A stretch of 64,000 nt of DNA from Burkholderiales bacterium (GCA_031360885.1 JANMCC010000197.1:1026-65025), one strand, 5' to 3'; shown: positions 9,206 through 19,953, counted from the first letter of the stretch. Notes: generated by a model from the sequence alone, not told the origin. Numbers and translations: made by a program.

Positions 9206-10741
9206 TCAGCCCGCCGGCGGCACCGGCCAGGCGCGCCGGCGCAGCTCGGGGCTGACGCGGTAGCGCTCGCCGCGGTAGTGCGCGTCGAGCCGGTCGAGCA
9301 GCGCGACCACCGCCGCGGCGTCCCAGCCGGCGAGGAACTCGAACGGCCCCTGTGGATAGTTGACGCCGAGCTTCATCGCCAGGTCGGCGCCCTCGGGCGT
9401 GCACACGCCCTGCAGCACCGCGTCGCAGGCTTCGTTGACGAGCATCGCGACCGTGCGCGCGACGACCAGGCCGGCGGCGTCGCCGATCTCCTGCGGCGTC
9501 CAGCCTGCCATGCGCAGCCACCCGCCGGCTTCGCCGCGCCAGGCGTCGGAGGCGCCCGCCGACACGCTGAACGCGAGCGAGACGCCGGGCGCGCCGCCGT
9601 TGCGCGCGGTGGCGAGATCGAACAGCGCGAGCTCGCGCACGCCTTCCTCGGCGGCGACCTGCGTGGCAGTGCGGCCGTCGGTCAGGCGGAGCTGGCCGCT
9701 GGCGGTCTGCAGGCCGTTCCAGCGGCTCGCCGGGTCGGACTCGAAGGCGACGCCGGCCTCGCCGAGGCGGGCCGCCCAGCGCTGCACGGCGACGCCGCCG
9801 CCATGCAGGGCGACGATCGCGCCGGCCGGAACCGGCTCCGGCTCGAACGCCGCCGGCGGGCTCGGCGGCGCGGCGGGATAGCCGAAGAAGCCGCGCCCGG
9901 ACTTGCGCCCGAGCAGGCCGCCGTCGACCATCTCGCGCTGCACCAGCGAGGGCGCGAAGCGCTTGTCGAAGAAGTTGGCGGCGAACACCGATTCGGTCAC
10001 CGCGAAGTTGGTGTCATGGCCGATCAGGTCCATCAGCTCGCACGGGCCCATGCGAAAGCCGCCGCTGCCGCCCAGGCAGCCGTCGAGCACCGCCGGCTCG
10101 GCGGCGCGCTCGAGCAGCAGCGCCAGCGTCTCGGCGTAGTACGGGCGGGCGATGCGGTTGACGATGAAGCCCGGCGTCGAGCGCGCATGCACCGGCGTCT
10201 TTCCCCAGCGCTCGCTGAGCTCGAAGATCGCCTGCGCGACCGCGGGGTCGGTCTCGAGGCCCGACACCACCTCCACCAGCTTCATCAGCGGCACCGGGTT
10301 GAAGAAGTGCATGCCGACGAACCGGCCGGGCGCCTTCAGCCCGTTGGCCAGCGCCGTGACCGAGATCGACGAGGTGTTCGAGGCGAGCACGCAGTTCTCG
10401 TCGACCTTGGTCTCGAGCTCGCGGAAGAGGGCCCGCTTGGCGTCGGCGTTCTCGATGATCGCCTCGACCACGAGGCCGACGCCGGCGGCGTCGTCGATCC
10501 GGCCCGCGGGGCGGATGCGGGCGACGATCGCCTTGGCCTCGTCGGCGGCGAGCTTGCCTTTGCCGACCAGCCCTTCGAGCGCCCGGTCGAGCTTGGCACA
10601 CGCCGCCGCGGCGGCGCCGTCGCGCGCGTCGAACAGGCGCACCGTGTGTCCGGCCTGCGCCGCAACCTGGGCGATGCCCGCGCCCATGATGCCGGCGCCG
10701 ACGACGAGGACCGGCGTGCCGGGACCGAGATCGATCTTCAT
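9206..10741 (-). CDS. paaH: 3-hydroxyacyl-CoA dehydrogenase (PaaH-type)
   Basis: GAGIMGAGIA Rossmann motif, SNTSS, GMHFFNP, PGFIVNR; duplicated C-terminal domain. Confidence 0.9.
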   Translation of the reverse strand: MKIDLGPGTPVLVVGAGIMGAGIAQVAAQAGHTVRLFDARDGAAAAACAKLDRALEGLVGKGKLAADEAKAIVARIRPAGRIDDAAGVGLVVEAIIENADAKRALFRELETKVDENCVLASNTSSISVTALANGLKAPGRFVGMHFFNPVPLMKLVEVVSGLETDPAVAQAIFELSERWGKTPVHARSTPGFIVNRIARPYYAETLALLLERAAEPAVLDGCLGGSGGFRMGPCELMDLIGHDTNFAVTESVFAANFFDKRFAPSLVQREMVDGGLLGRKSGRGFFGYPAAPPSPPAAFEPEPVPAGAIVALHGGGVAVQRWAARLGEAGVAFESDPASRWNGLQTASGQLRLTDGRTATQVAAEEGVRELALFDLATARNGGAPGVSLAFSVSAGASDAWRGEAGGWLRMAGWTPQEIGDAAGLVVARTVAMLVNEACDAVLQGVCTPEGADLAMKLGVNYPQGPFEFLAGWDAAAVVALLDRLDAHYRGERYRVSPELRRRAWPVPPAG

Positions 10742-10994
10742 GGCCGAAGTCTAGTGCGCGGCCGGGTCGAGGCTTGCACCTCGCGGCCGACGAGACGTGC
10801 CGAGCGTGCGGAACGCCTGTGGTCGCCATCTCTGCGCCACTGACGAAACGCTCGTCCGACCAGAAATCGCCCTTCCCCTCGCCTTCGACCTTTTGCCCGA
10901 CCGTTTCTCGGGGATGATGAAATCCGGGCTTGCAATCTCCCGACCTAGCCGAACCTTCGCTAGGCTTTTCCAACCCCTTCAAGTGAGACAAGAC

Positions 10995-11444
10995 ATGCCC
11001 ACTTACCGAAAGACCCCCGAGGCGCTCGCCGCCCTCACCCCGGAGCAGTTCCGCGTCACCCAGAAAAGCGGTACCGAGGCGCCCGGCACCGGCGAGCTGC
11101 TCGACAACGAGGAGCCCGGGATCTACGTCGACATCGTCTCCGGCGAGCCGCTGTTCGCCTCGTCCGACAAGTTCGAGTCGGGCTGCGGCTGGCCGAGCTT
11201 CACCAAGCCGATCGTGCCGGCGCACGTCAACGAGCTGCGCGACAGCTCGCATGGCATGGTCCGCACCGAGGTGCGCTCGAACGGCGCCGACAGCCACCTC
11301 GGCCACGTGTTCAACGACGGGCCGCGCGACCGCGGCGGCCTGCGCTACTGCATCAACTCGGCGTCGCTGCGCTTCGTCCATCGCGACGAGATGGAAGCGG
11401 CCGGCTACGGCGAATACATCGACCAGGTGGAGGAAGTGAAATGA
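10995..11444 (+). CDS. msrB: Peptide-methionine (R)-S-oxide reductase
   Basis: [30 protein letters not shown]. Confidence 0.97.
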   Translation: MPTYRKTPEALAALTPEQFRVTQKSGTEAPGTGELLDNEEPGIYVDIVSGEPLFASSDKFESGCGWPSFTKPIVPAHVNELRDSSHGMVRTEVRSNGADSHLGHVFNDGPRDRGGLRYCINSASLRFVHRDEMEAAGYGEYIDQVEEVK

Positions 11445-11950
11445 GTCAGGAACGCGCAGTGCTCGCCGGCGGTTGCTTCTGGGGCATGCAGGACCTCGTC
11501 CGCAAGATGGACGGCGTGGTCTCCACCCGTGTCGGCTACTCGGGCGGCGACGTAGCCAACGCCACCTACCGCCACCACGGCACCCATGCCGAGGCGCTCG
11601 AGGTCGTCTTCGACCCGGCTCGCCTGAGCTTTCGCAAGCTGCTCGAGTTCTTCTTCCAGGTGCACGACCCGAGCACGAAGAACCGGCAGGGCAACGACCT
11701 CGGCATGAGCTACCGCTCGGCGATCTTCTACACGAGCGACGAGCAGAAGCGCGTCGCCGAGGACACGATCGCCGACGTGAACGCCTCGGGCCTGTGGCCG
11801 GGCAAGGTGGTCACCGAGCTGGCGCCGGTGGGGCCGTTCTGGGAGGCCGAGCCCGAGCACCAGGACTACCTCGAGCGCATCCCGAACGGCTACACCTGCC
11901 ACTTCGTGCGGCCGGGCTGGAAGCTGCCGGTGCGCGAGCCCGCGCGCTAG
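11441..11950 (+). CDS. msrA: Peptide-methionine (S)-S-oxide reductase
   Basis: AGGCFWG active site, [13 protein letters not shown]; ATGA overlap with msrB. Confidence 0.97.
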   Translation: MSQERAVLAGGCFWGMQDLVRKMDGVVSTRVGYSGGDVANATYRHHGTHAEALEVVFDPARLSFRKLLEFFFQVHDPSTKNRQGNDLGMSYRSAIFYTSDEQKRVAEDTIADVNASGLWPGKVVTELAPVGPFWEAEPEHQDYLERIPNGYTCHFVRPGWKLPVREPAR

Positions 11951-11963
11951 CCACAATGCGCTG

Positions 11964-14900
11964 ATGCCTGACCCCGAGTCGCCGACCGAAGCCCTGGCCA
12001 GGGCGATCGCGGCGCTCGAGGGCCAGCGCGCGGTTCTCGGCAGCGCGGTCGTCGATGCCGCGCTCGCGCCGTTGCTCGACCAGCAGCGCGCCCATCTCGG
12101 CGCGGCGCCGAGGCGCCGCCTGGTGTCGGTCCTGTTCCTCGACGTCGTCGGCTCGACCGCGCTGAGCCAGACCGTCGACCCCGAAGACGTCCTCGACATC
12201 ATGGATTCGGCGCTGCAATCGTTCAGCGCCCGGGTCGTGCAGTGCGGCGGCAAGGTGCTGCAGTACGCCGGCGACAGCCTGCTCGCCGCCTTCGGCGCCG
12301 AGCAGGCGCGCGAGGACGACGCCGAGAGCGCGGTCCGGGCCGGCCTCGAGCTGCTGGCCGAAGCGCGCGTCCAGGCCGAGCGGGTCGAGCGCGAGCACGG
12401 GCAGGGCGGCTTCGCGGTGCGCGTGGGCGTGCACACCGGGCACGTGCTGCTCGGCGGCGGCGTCGACGAAGAAGGCACGATCCGCGGCTTCACCGTCAAC
12501 ATCGCCGCCCGTCTCGAGCAGGCCGCGCCGCCCGGCACCCTGCGCATCAGCCAGGAGACCTGGCGCCACGTGCGCGGCGTGTTCGACGTCGCGGCGCAGC
12601 CGCCGCTGCAGGTCAAGGGCCAGGACGAGCCGCTGCGCACCTGGCTCGTGCTGCGCGCGAAGCCGCGCGCCTTTCGGGTCGCCACGCGCGGCATCGAAGG
12701 CGCCGAGACGCCGCTGGTCGGCCGCGACGGCGAGCTGGCGCAACTGCTCGCCGCCTTCGCCGGCACGGTGCAGACGCGCAGCCTGCACGCGGTGACCCTG
12801 CTCGCCGAAGCGGGCCTGGGCAAGAGCCGACTGATGCAGGAGTTCCAGCACCGCCTCGAGACCGATCCGCACCCCTGTTGGCTGCTTCTCGGCCGCTCGC
12901 AGCCGAGTGGCACGCTGCAGCCCTACGGCCTGCTCCGCGACGTGCTGGCCTGGCGCCTGCAGATCGCCGACAGCGACAGTGCCGAAGTGGCCCGGCAGCG
13001 GCTCGTCGAAGGGCTGGCTCCGCACTTCGCCGAGGACGGCGAGCTGCAGGCCGAGCTGCTCGGCCAGCTGATCGGCATGGACTTCTCGGCCAGCCCGCGC
13101 CTGGCCGGCGTGCTGAAGGAGCCGCGGCTGCTGCGCGACCGGGCGCTCGCCGCCTTCGACGCCTGGCTGCAGGGCCTCTGCCTCGCCGAGGGCGCGCCCG
13201 TGGTGGTCATGCTGCTCGACGACCTGCAATGGGCCGACGATGCCTCGCTCGACTGGCTGGCGCATCTGCTCGCCACCCCGGCGCTGCCGCTGGCGCTGGT
13301 GATGGCGGCCCGGCCGGCGCTGCTCGAGCGGCGACCCGGCTGGGGCGGCGGCGCTGCGCAGCATCCGACCACCACCCTGGCCGCGCTCGACACCGGCCAG
13401 CGCCAGGCCCTCACCACGGCGCTGCTGCATCGCCTGCCCGAGGTCTCGCCAGGGCTGCGCGCGCTGATCGAGAAGCAGGCCGAAGGCAACCCGTTCTATG
13501 CCGAGGAACTGGTGAAGATGCTGATCGACGACGGCGTGATCCTCGTCGAGGGCGAAACCTGGCGCGTGCTCGCCGACCGGCTGAACGCCGCCCGGATTCC
13601 CGGCACCCTGACCGGCGTGCTGCAGGCCCGGCTCGATGCGCTGACCGCGCCTGAGCGCCGCGCCATCCAGCTCGCCAGCATCGTCGGCCCGGTGTTCTGG
13701 GACGACGCGCTGCGCGCGCTGGACGCGCAAGGCCCGGCGATGCTGCCGACGCTGCAAGGCAAGGCGATGGTGCAGGCTCGGGTCGAGAGCGCCTTCGAAG
13801 GCACGCGCGAACAGGGCTTCCAGCATCACCTGCTGCACCAGGTGACCTACGACACAGTGCTCAAGGCCGACCGGCGCGCGGCCCACGCCGGAACCGCGGC
13901 CTGGCTGGCGGCGCGCGTCGGCGACCGCCAGGCCGAATACCTGGCCGTGACGGCCGAGCACTACGAGCGCGCCGGCGACCAGGCCCGCGCGCTCGACTGG
14001 TACGAGCGCGCCGCGCTCGCCGCCACCGAGCGCTTCGCCAACGAGGCCGCCTGGACCTACCTGCAACGCATGCTGGCGATGCCGGCGCTAAGCGACTCGC
14101 TGCGGCGCTGGAAGGCGGCGAAGCGGCAGGTGTACGTCGCCGACCTCCTGGCCGACCGCGCCCGGCACCGCAGCGCCGTCGACGAGGGCGCGCGGCTCGC
14201 CGAGGTGCTCGATGACGATGCCCTGCGCGCTTCCGCGGCGGTCGGCCAGGCGCTGCTCGCCGACCGTGTCGGCGATCGTGCCGGCGCGTTGGCCTTCGCC
14301 CAGCGGGCCGCCGTGCTGGCCGAGCGCTCGGGGGCCGCCGGGGTCGCCGCTACCGCCCATGCCGAGATGTCGTGGCTCGCGCGCGAGCGCGGCGACCTGG
14401 CCTTGGCGCACCACCACATCGACATCGCCTTGCCGTTCGCCAGCCGCGCGGCCGAGCAGATGACCGAGGCCAACGACAACATCCACGAAATCTCGCTGCG
14501 CATCATCGCCTCCCTGCTCCATTCCACGGAGCACGACTTCGACCGCGCCCTGATCCTGCTGGAGGAGGCGCGCACGCTCGCCGAGCAGCGCAACCTGCGC
14601 CGCTCCCTGTGCTCGTGCCACGACGGCATCGCCTACTGGGCGCTGGAAACGCTGGACACCGAGCGGGCCGAGGAGCACATCGAAGCGATGGGCAGCCTCG
14701 CCCGGGACATCGGCCAGGCCATGATCGTCGCCAGCACGCCGTACTTTCGCGCCCGGCTGGCGGCGATACGCGGCGAGCACGAGCGGGCACTTGCGCTGAC
14801 GCACGAGGCCGCGGCGGCGTGCAGCCGGATCGGCTCGCACAACACACACGCCGAGACCCTGACGCTGCGTGCCGAACTGCTGTCTGCCCGCGGCGACCCG

Positions 14901-15296
14901 GCCGGATGCCGGCTGGCATTGCAGCAGGCGATCGAGATCTTTGCCGCTCTCGGCGCAGACGCCGACCTTTGCGCCTGCCGCCTGATGCTGGCCGACGCCT
15001 GGCGCGAGGACGGGGCGCTGGCCGAGGCGCTGGCGCTGGTCGAAGCCGAGATGCCTCGGGTCGGTGAAGTCGGCGCCCTCGATACGACCCGCTCGCCGCT
15101 TGCCGCCCGCATGGCGGCGTGGCGCGTCCTCTCGGCCGCCGGCGACGCGCGGGCAGCGGCGCAGCTCGAGCTCGCGATGACCGAGTTGCAGCGCCGCGTC
15201 GCGAAAGTGGCCGACCCGGCGATGCGTCGCCGAATGCTCGAAGGGCTGCCGCTGCATCGCGAGATCGCCGCGGCCTGGCAGGCGCGGGCCGCCTGA
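11964..15296 (+). CDS. Class III nucleotidyl cyclase + AAA/STAND-like ATPase + helical (TPR-like) repeat protein
   Basis: LFLDVVGST / YAGDS / VNIAARLE cyclase motifs; AEAGLGKS Walker A; LLDDLQWAD Walker B; GNPFYAEE; Ala/Leu-rich C-terminus. Confidence 0.9.
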   Translation: MPDPESPTEALARAIAALEGQRAVLGSAVVDAALAPLLDQQRAHLGAAPRRRLVSVLFLDVVGSTALSQTVDPEDVLDIMDSALQSFSARVVQCGGKVLQYAGDSLLAAFGAEQAREDDAESAVRAGLELLAEARVQAERVEREHGQGGFAVRVGVHTGHVLLGGGVDEEGTIRGFTVNIAARLEQAAPPGTLRISQETWRHVRGVFDVAAQPPLQVKGQDEPLRTWLVLRAKPRAFRVATRGIEGAETPLVGRDGELAQLLAAFAGTVQTRSLHAVTLLAEAGLGKSRLMQEFQHRLETDPHPCWLLLGRSQPSGTLQPYGLLRDVLAWRLQIADSDSAEVARQRLVEGLAPHFAEDGELQAELLGQLIGMDFSASPRLAGVLKEPRLLRDRALAAFDAWLQGLCLAEGAPVVVMLLDDLQWADDASLDWLAHLLATPALPLALVMAARPALLERRPGWGGGAAQHPTTTLAALDTGQRQALTTALLHRLPEVSPGLRALIEKQAEGNPFYAEELVKMLIDDGVILVEGETWRVLADRLNAARIPGTLTGVLQARLDALTAPERRAIQLASIVGPVFWDDALRALDAQGPAMLPTLQGKAMVQARVESAFEGTREQGFQHHLLHQVTYDTVLKADRRAAHAGTAAWLAARVGDRQAEYLAVTAEHYERAGDQARALDWYERAALAATERFANEAAWTYLQRMLAMPALSDSLRRWKAAKRQVYVADLLADRARHRSAVDEGARLAEVLDDDALRASAAVGQALLADRVGDRAGALAFAQRAAVLAERSGAAGVAATAHAEMSWLARERGDLALAHHHIDIALPFASRAAEQMTEANDNIHEISLRIIASLLHSTEHDFDRALILLEEARTLAEQRNLRRSLCSCHDGIAYWALETLDTERAEEHIEAMGSLARDIGQAMIVASTPYFRARLAAIRGEHERALALTHEAAAACSRIGSHNTHAETLTLRAELLSARGDPAGCRLALQQAIEIFAALGADADLCACRLMLADAWREDGALAEALALVEAEMPRVGEVGALDTTRSPLAARMAAWRVLSAAGDARAAAQLELAMTELQRRVAKVADPAMRRRMLEGLPLHREIAAAWQARAA

Positions 15297-15376
15297 GGCG
15301 CGGGCCGCGCCCGGTTCGGTGGCGTCCGGGCACGCCAATCGCCATGGCGGATTCGTCTCCACGAATCCATCCGACC

Positions 15377-15805
15377 ATGAAACTCCGACTTGCTCCCCTT
15401 CTCTGCCTCGCCGCGGCCACCGCGCTCGGCGCCTGCAGCTCGACCGGCTCGGTCTCCGCCGACGCCGTCGACACCGCCGTCGTCATCCTTCCGGGCGTCG
15501 GCGCCGCCGCTCAGGTGCAGTCCGGCTGCTGGGCCACCTTCTACGACGAGCGCAACTTCAACGGCGACTCGCTGACCCTGGTCGGGCCGGTCGACCTGAA
15601 GACGCTCGACAAGGACAGCGCCCGCCAGCTCAAACGCGACTTCAAGAGCGTCGCCACCGGTCCTCGTGCCACCCTGGTCGTCTACGAAAGGCAGTTCCTC
15701 TCGGCCCGCTCGGTTGGCTTCGATCCTGGCGTGCGGGAGCCGGGGATGGTCGAGAAGCTCGGCTTCGGCGGACGGATCGAGTCGCTGACGCTGCGTTGCT
15801 CGTAG
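15377..15805 (+). CDS. Lipoprotein with beta/gamma-crystallin-like domain
   Basis: Lipobox LGAC; CWATFYDERNFNGDSLTLVGP...SVATGPRATLVVYE...IESLTLRC. Confidence 0.75.
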   Translation: MKLRLAPLLCLAAATALGACSSTGSVSADAVDTAVVILPGVGAAAQVQSGCWATFYDERNFNGDSLTLVGPVDLKTLDKDSARQLKRDFKSVATGPRATLVVYERQFLSARSVGFDPGVREPGMVEKLGFGGRIESLTLRCS

Positions 15806-16122
15806 CCCGGCGAAGCGCCGCAACAGCGCGCTACTGCGCGGCGCTGGCGTTCGCCGCGATCCATTCGACCCAGTAGTCGCTTCGACGCGGCGCGCCAGGC
15901 GTGGCGGCGCGCGTTCCAGAGCACCGGCGCCCAGTTCGACCGGCCGGCCAACCCGACCTGGCCGCGCGCGGCGCGCTGAGCTCGAGGCCACGCCCTTTTT
16001 CCGACCTCGAGGCCTGCGCTCCGTGGACAGAGGAGCAACGATTCCCGCATTTCCGCTGCGCTCGGGTGTCGCATCGGCCATCATTGCCGCCTCGGACTGG
16101 CCGATGGGCGATGGGATTTCGA

Positions 16123-16743
16123 ATGAAGCAGTGGCGGCTCGTGCTCGGCATGGTGGCGGGCATCGGCCTCGCGGCCGCCTGCCAGGACGCCGCGTTCGCC
16201 AGGATGAACAAGTGCGTCGATCCGGTGACCAAGGCGGTGACGCTGTCCGACTTGCCGTGCAAGGAGTCGCTCGCGCCGACGCCGGCACAGGCTGCCGCGA
16301 GCGCGGAGGCTGACCGGCAGGCGGAGATCGAAGAAGCGGGCCGGCAGGCCGCGCGCCGCGCCGACCGGCAGTTGCGCGACAAGTACCCCGACCAGGCCTC
16401 GCACCGACGCGCCCACCACAACGAGCTGCTCGAGGTGAGCCGGATGTTGCGCGGACCGACCGCGCGCTACCGGGAGCTGGTGGAGCAGCGCAAGCCGCTC
16501 GACGTCCAGGCGGCGTTCTATGTCGGCAAGCCCCTGCCGCTCGAGCTGAAGCGCAAGTTCGACGCCAACGAGGCGGCGTTCGCCGCGCTGGTCGACGTGT
16601 TCCGCGGCCTGCAGCTCGAAGTCGCCGCCATCGATGCGCAGTTCGGCAACGAGCGGGCCCGCCTCAGCCGCCTGTGGGCGGGCGCGCCGCCGGGATCGAT
16701 GGGTCCGCTGCCGGCGGCTTCGGCGCCGAGCCTGCCGCGCTAG
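16123..16743 (+). CDS. Secreted hypothetical protein (DUF4124-like N-terminus, coiled coil)
   Basis: Signal peptide, KCVDPVTKAVTLSDLPC, ADRQLRDKYP coiled-coil region. Confidence 0.7.
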   Translation: MKQWRLVLGMVAGIGLAAACQDAAFARMNKCVDPVTKAVTLSDLPCKESLAPTPAQAAASAEADRQAEIEEAGRQAARRADRQLRDKYPDQASHRRAHHNELLEVSRMLRGPTARYRELVEQRKPLDVQAAFYVGKPLPLELKRKFDANEAAFAALVDVFRGLQLEVAAIDAQFGNERARLSRLWAGAPPGSMGPLPAASAPSLPR

Positions 16744-16750
16744 CGACCGC

Positions 16751-17923
16751 TCAGGCGGCCTGCAGCCGCGAGTCGACCGACTCGAGGGTCCGCGAGCGGC
16801 CCTGCGCCTTGGCGCTGTAGAGCGTGGTGTCGGCGCGGCGCAGCATCGCCTCGAGCGAATCGTCGGCCGTGTTGCGGACGGCGATGCCGGCGCTGTAGGC
16901 GAGCGGAAAGCCGAGCTCGCGCTCGGCCACGGCGTCGACGTAGCCGCGCAGGCGCACGTCGAAGGCGTTGGCGGCGGCGTTCTCGGCGTGGTTCATCAGC
17001 ACGCAGAACTCCTCGCCGCCGTAGCGGCCGACCAGGTCGCCCGGACGCACCGCCGCCTCGAGCGCGCGGGCCACGAACGACAGGGCGCGGTCGCCGGCGG
17101 CGTGGCCGCGGGTGTCGTTGATCTGCTTGAAGTGATCGAGGTCGATCATCAGCACCGCCACCGGGTAGGCGTAGCGCACGCTGACCGCGAGCTCGGTGGC
17201 GGCGCGAGTCATCCAGGCGCCGCGGTTGAGCACGCCGGTCAGGCCGTCGACCGTGGCGAGCCGCTCGAGCTCGCGCGCCGCCTCGTCGCGATGCGCGAGC
17301 AGCACCGCCATCAGCGAGAGCACGGTCGTCGCGTTGGCGATGATCGCGAACGCGTAGTTCACCGGATGCGGCGCGAGGAAGGTCGGATAGCTCTCGGTGA
17401 AGAACGCGCCGAGGATGCCGCGCCACAGCGTGACGACCATCTGCGCGAGCAGGCTCGCCACCAGCAGCCAGCGCCAGCGGCCGACCGCCACCACAGGCTT
17501 GCGCCACACGGTGGCGACGAGCAGGGCCATCTGCAGGGTGAGCAGGCCGTTCGCCCAGCCGACGCGAAACGGGTAGCTCGAAAAGCCGAGGAAGTAGCCG
17601 AGCGGCATGACGATGGCGATCCGCAGCGGCCAACGACTGATGCCGGCGCGGCCGCACCAGAGCTCGAACGCGGCGGCGTTGAGCGCCAGGCCGCCGGCGA
17701 TTCCGGCCATCGCCAGGGTCGAGAGCGTCCGGTCGCCGAGCGACCCGGGATCGGCGAGGCCCGAGGCCAGCAGGAGCGCCCAGGCGACGCCCTGGACGAC
17801 GACGCCGGCCTGGGCACGGCGTGCCGGCTCGTTGACCTGCCCCATCACCGCCGGCAGCGCCACCGCCATGGTCACCATGCACACCGTCATGGCGAAGAGC
17901 AGCGTGGCGATGTCCAGGTGCAT
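16751..17923 (-). CDS. Membrane-anchored diguanylate cyclase (GGDEF)
   Basis: Multiple TM helices, DLDHFKQINDTRGH, RPGD I-site, RYGGEEF. Confidence 0.95.
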   Translation of the reverse strand: MHLDIATLLFAMTVCMVTMAVALPAVMGQVNEPARRAQAGVVVQGVAWALLLASGLADPGSLGDRTLSTLAMAGIAGGLALNAAAFELWCGRAGISRWPLRIAIVMPLGYFLGFSSYPFRVGWANGLLTLQMALLVATVWRKPVVAVGRWRWLLVASLLAQMVVTLWRGILGAFFTESYPTFLAPHPVNYAFAIIANATTVLSLMAVLLAHRDEAARELERLATVDGLTGVLNRGAWMTRAATELAVSVRYAYPVAVLMIDLDHFKQINDTRGHAAGDRALSFVARALEAAVRPGDLVGRYGGEEFCVLMNHAENAAANAFDVRLRGYVDAVAERELGFPLAYSAGIAVRNTADDSLEAMLRRADTTLYSAKAQGRSRTLESVDSRLQAA

Positions 17924-18098
17924 GCGGAAGGGGAAGCGTCATCCGGCGAGGAGGGACCGGCGTCGCTGGATTGTCCGGGCTGCGAGCGCCCGCGAAGGGC
18001 CGCCGGGACGGGCCGGCGAGAGACACCGGCGACTTCAGCGCAAAGCGTCACGAAGTCAGTTTGCCCGCGGCACGGCGAAGGCCCCGCCGGCCAAACCC

Positions 18099-19010
18099 TC
18101 AGAGCTCCGGCTCGGTCTCCTGCAGCGCCTCGTAGAGCTTCTCGAACGCGGCGTCGGGCTGGCCGTCGGCGCCGGTATAGAGCGCCTTCACCGCCGGAGG
18201 CAGCGCCGCCCAGGCCACCGCCGCCTCGTGGTTCTGCGCGATGGCGACCGCCAGTCCGCAGGCGCCGCGCAGGGCGAGGTCCAGCGGCGATGCGCTGCCG
18301 GCGGCAGGCTGGGCCTCGTTGCGGATCGTGTCGGCCACGGCCTGGGGGAAGCCGATCGTCTCGACCCAGATGGCGCCGACCGTCGGATGATCGGTGCCGA
18401 AGTTGTCGCGCTCGATCGCGGCCAGCTCGGCGCCGCGGACCGGGGCATAGCCGGTCAGGACGAAGTCGGCGATGTCCGGGTAGGTCTGGCAGAGGATCAG
18501 GTGGCCGGTGGCGTGCAGCAGGCCGCAGATGTAGGCTTCTTCGGGATCGGCGCCGAGGCGCGAGGCGAGCTTGTTGGCGGCGGTCGCTGCGACCAGGGCA
18601 TCGCGCCAGAAGGCGGGCAGCTCGATGCCCGGGATCTTGCGGAAGGTCGAGGAGACGCCGCAGGCGACGATCAGCCGGTTGAGGGCCTGCATGCCGATCA
18701 TCGCCACCGCCGCGTCGATCGATGCCATCGAACGCTGGCCGCCGAAGAACGACGAGTTCGCCAGGCGCAGCACCTTGGCGCTCAGCACCGGGTCCTTGGC
18801 CAGGCCCTGGGCGATGGTCCGGGTATCGACGTCGGGATCGCGCAGCGCGGCGATCAGCTGCTGGACCACGCGCGGGATCGTCGGCAGCTCGACCTTGCCG
18901 GCGGCGATGTCGTTGATGAAGTTGGGCGTGTTCGGGTTGTGGGCCGGTTTCGCCTCGGCGGCCGGCTTCGGCGGTTCGAGGCTGAATGCCGGGACATACG
19001 CGTGACTCAT
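18099..19010 (-). CDS. HDOD domain-containing protein
   Basis: LPTIP...KDPVLSAKVLRLANSSFF, AYICGLLH, FGTDHPTVG. Confidence 0.9.
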   Translation of the reverse strand: MSHAYVPAFSLEPPKPAAEAKPAHNPNTPNFINDIAAGKVELPTIPRVVQQLIAALRDPDVDTRTIAQGLAKDPVLSAKVLRLANSSFFGGQRSMASIDAAVAMIGMQALNRLIVACGVSSTFRKIPGIELPAFWRDALVAATAANKLASRLGADPEEAYICGLLHATGHLILCQTYPDIADFVLTGYAPVRGAELAAIERDNFGTDHPTVGAIWVETIGFPQAVADTIRNEAQPAAGSASPLDLALRGACGLAVAIAQNHEAAVAWAALPPAVKALYTGADGQPDAAFEKLYEALQETEPEL

Positions 19011-19156
19011 CTCGTCTCTCTCGGCAACTCGAAGGTGAGCGACGAAGTGTTCCCCATGGCGCGCCGCTCTGCCCGCGGAACAGGGTCGCGAATCGCGGCT
19101 TTCTTCGCGCTTCCGCCGAGCGCGGCAGTCAGGGCGACGGCGCTGCGGCCGCGGGC

Positions 19157-19816
19157 TCAGCCCGAGATGCTGATGCGCAGGACCCGCCCGCTGCGCGGAT
19201 CGATCTCGCAGTCGAAGCCGAGCAGGCGCGACGGCGAGTCGATCGTCGGCACCGCCTGCACGCTGCCGTGCAGCAGGGCGCTGCTGGCGCTGGGCTGGCG
19301 AAAGGTGCGCGTCCGCGGGTCGAAAGCGATCTGCGAGACGCGCGGCCAGCGCTCCTTGAGGGCGGCCACCGCGCTCGACTCGCAGGCCGCGGGCGAGAGC
19401 TGGCTCAGGTCGGGCTCGGCGGGAGGACGCGGCGGCGGCGCCTTGGCGGCCACCGGCGTCGTGTCGCGCAGGACCAGGCCGACCGCCTCGAGCGTGCGCT
19501 GATCGACGTTGCAGGTATAGGCGAAGCTGCGCATGCCGCTCGCGGTGCGCCAGCGGCCGGCTCCGCGCAGCACCTGCTGGCCGTCGATGGCCGGCTCCTG
19601 CTGCACGCTCGGCGGGCCGTTGAAGATCACCTCGGCCGGCTCGCGCGCCGACGCGGGCACCGCCTGGCGCGCCGAGCGCTCGCACGCTTCCACGGCCGCG
19701 GCCGACGCGGTCTCGGGAACGATGCTGCCGACCTGGGCGTGCGCGCCGGGCAGGGCGCCGACGAGCCCGATCGCGACCAGCGGAGCGGCGAGGCGAAGAC
19801 GGAACGGCGAGCGCAT
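19157..19816 (-). CDS. Secreted hypothetical protein with two tandem Cys-pair domains
   Basis: Signal peptide; ACERSARQA...FAYTCNVDQRT and ACESSAVAA...LGFDCEIDPRS repeats. Confidence 0.7.
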   Translation of the reverse strand: MRSPFRLRLAAPLVAIGLVGALPGAHAQVGSIVPETASAAAVEACERSARQAVPASAREPAEVIFNGPPSVQQEPAIDGQQVLRGAGRWRTASGMRSFAYTCNVDQRTLEAVGLVLRDTTPVAAKAPPPRPPAEPDLSQLSPAACESSAVAALKERWPRVSQIAFDPRTRTFRQPSASSALLHGSVQAVPTIDSPSRLLGFDCEIDPRSGRVLRISISG

Positions 19817-19953
19817 GACCGGAGTGTGAAGCAGGGCGCGGCGTCTCGCCAGCGGCACGACCCCCTTGGGCCGGGGAAGCGACGTTGCTATCGTTACCAG
19901 ATGCGCGTTTTTTCCCTTGCCGCACTCTTCCCCTCACCGAAGGAGCCATCGTC

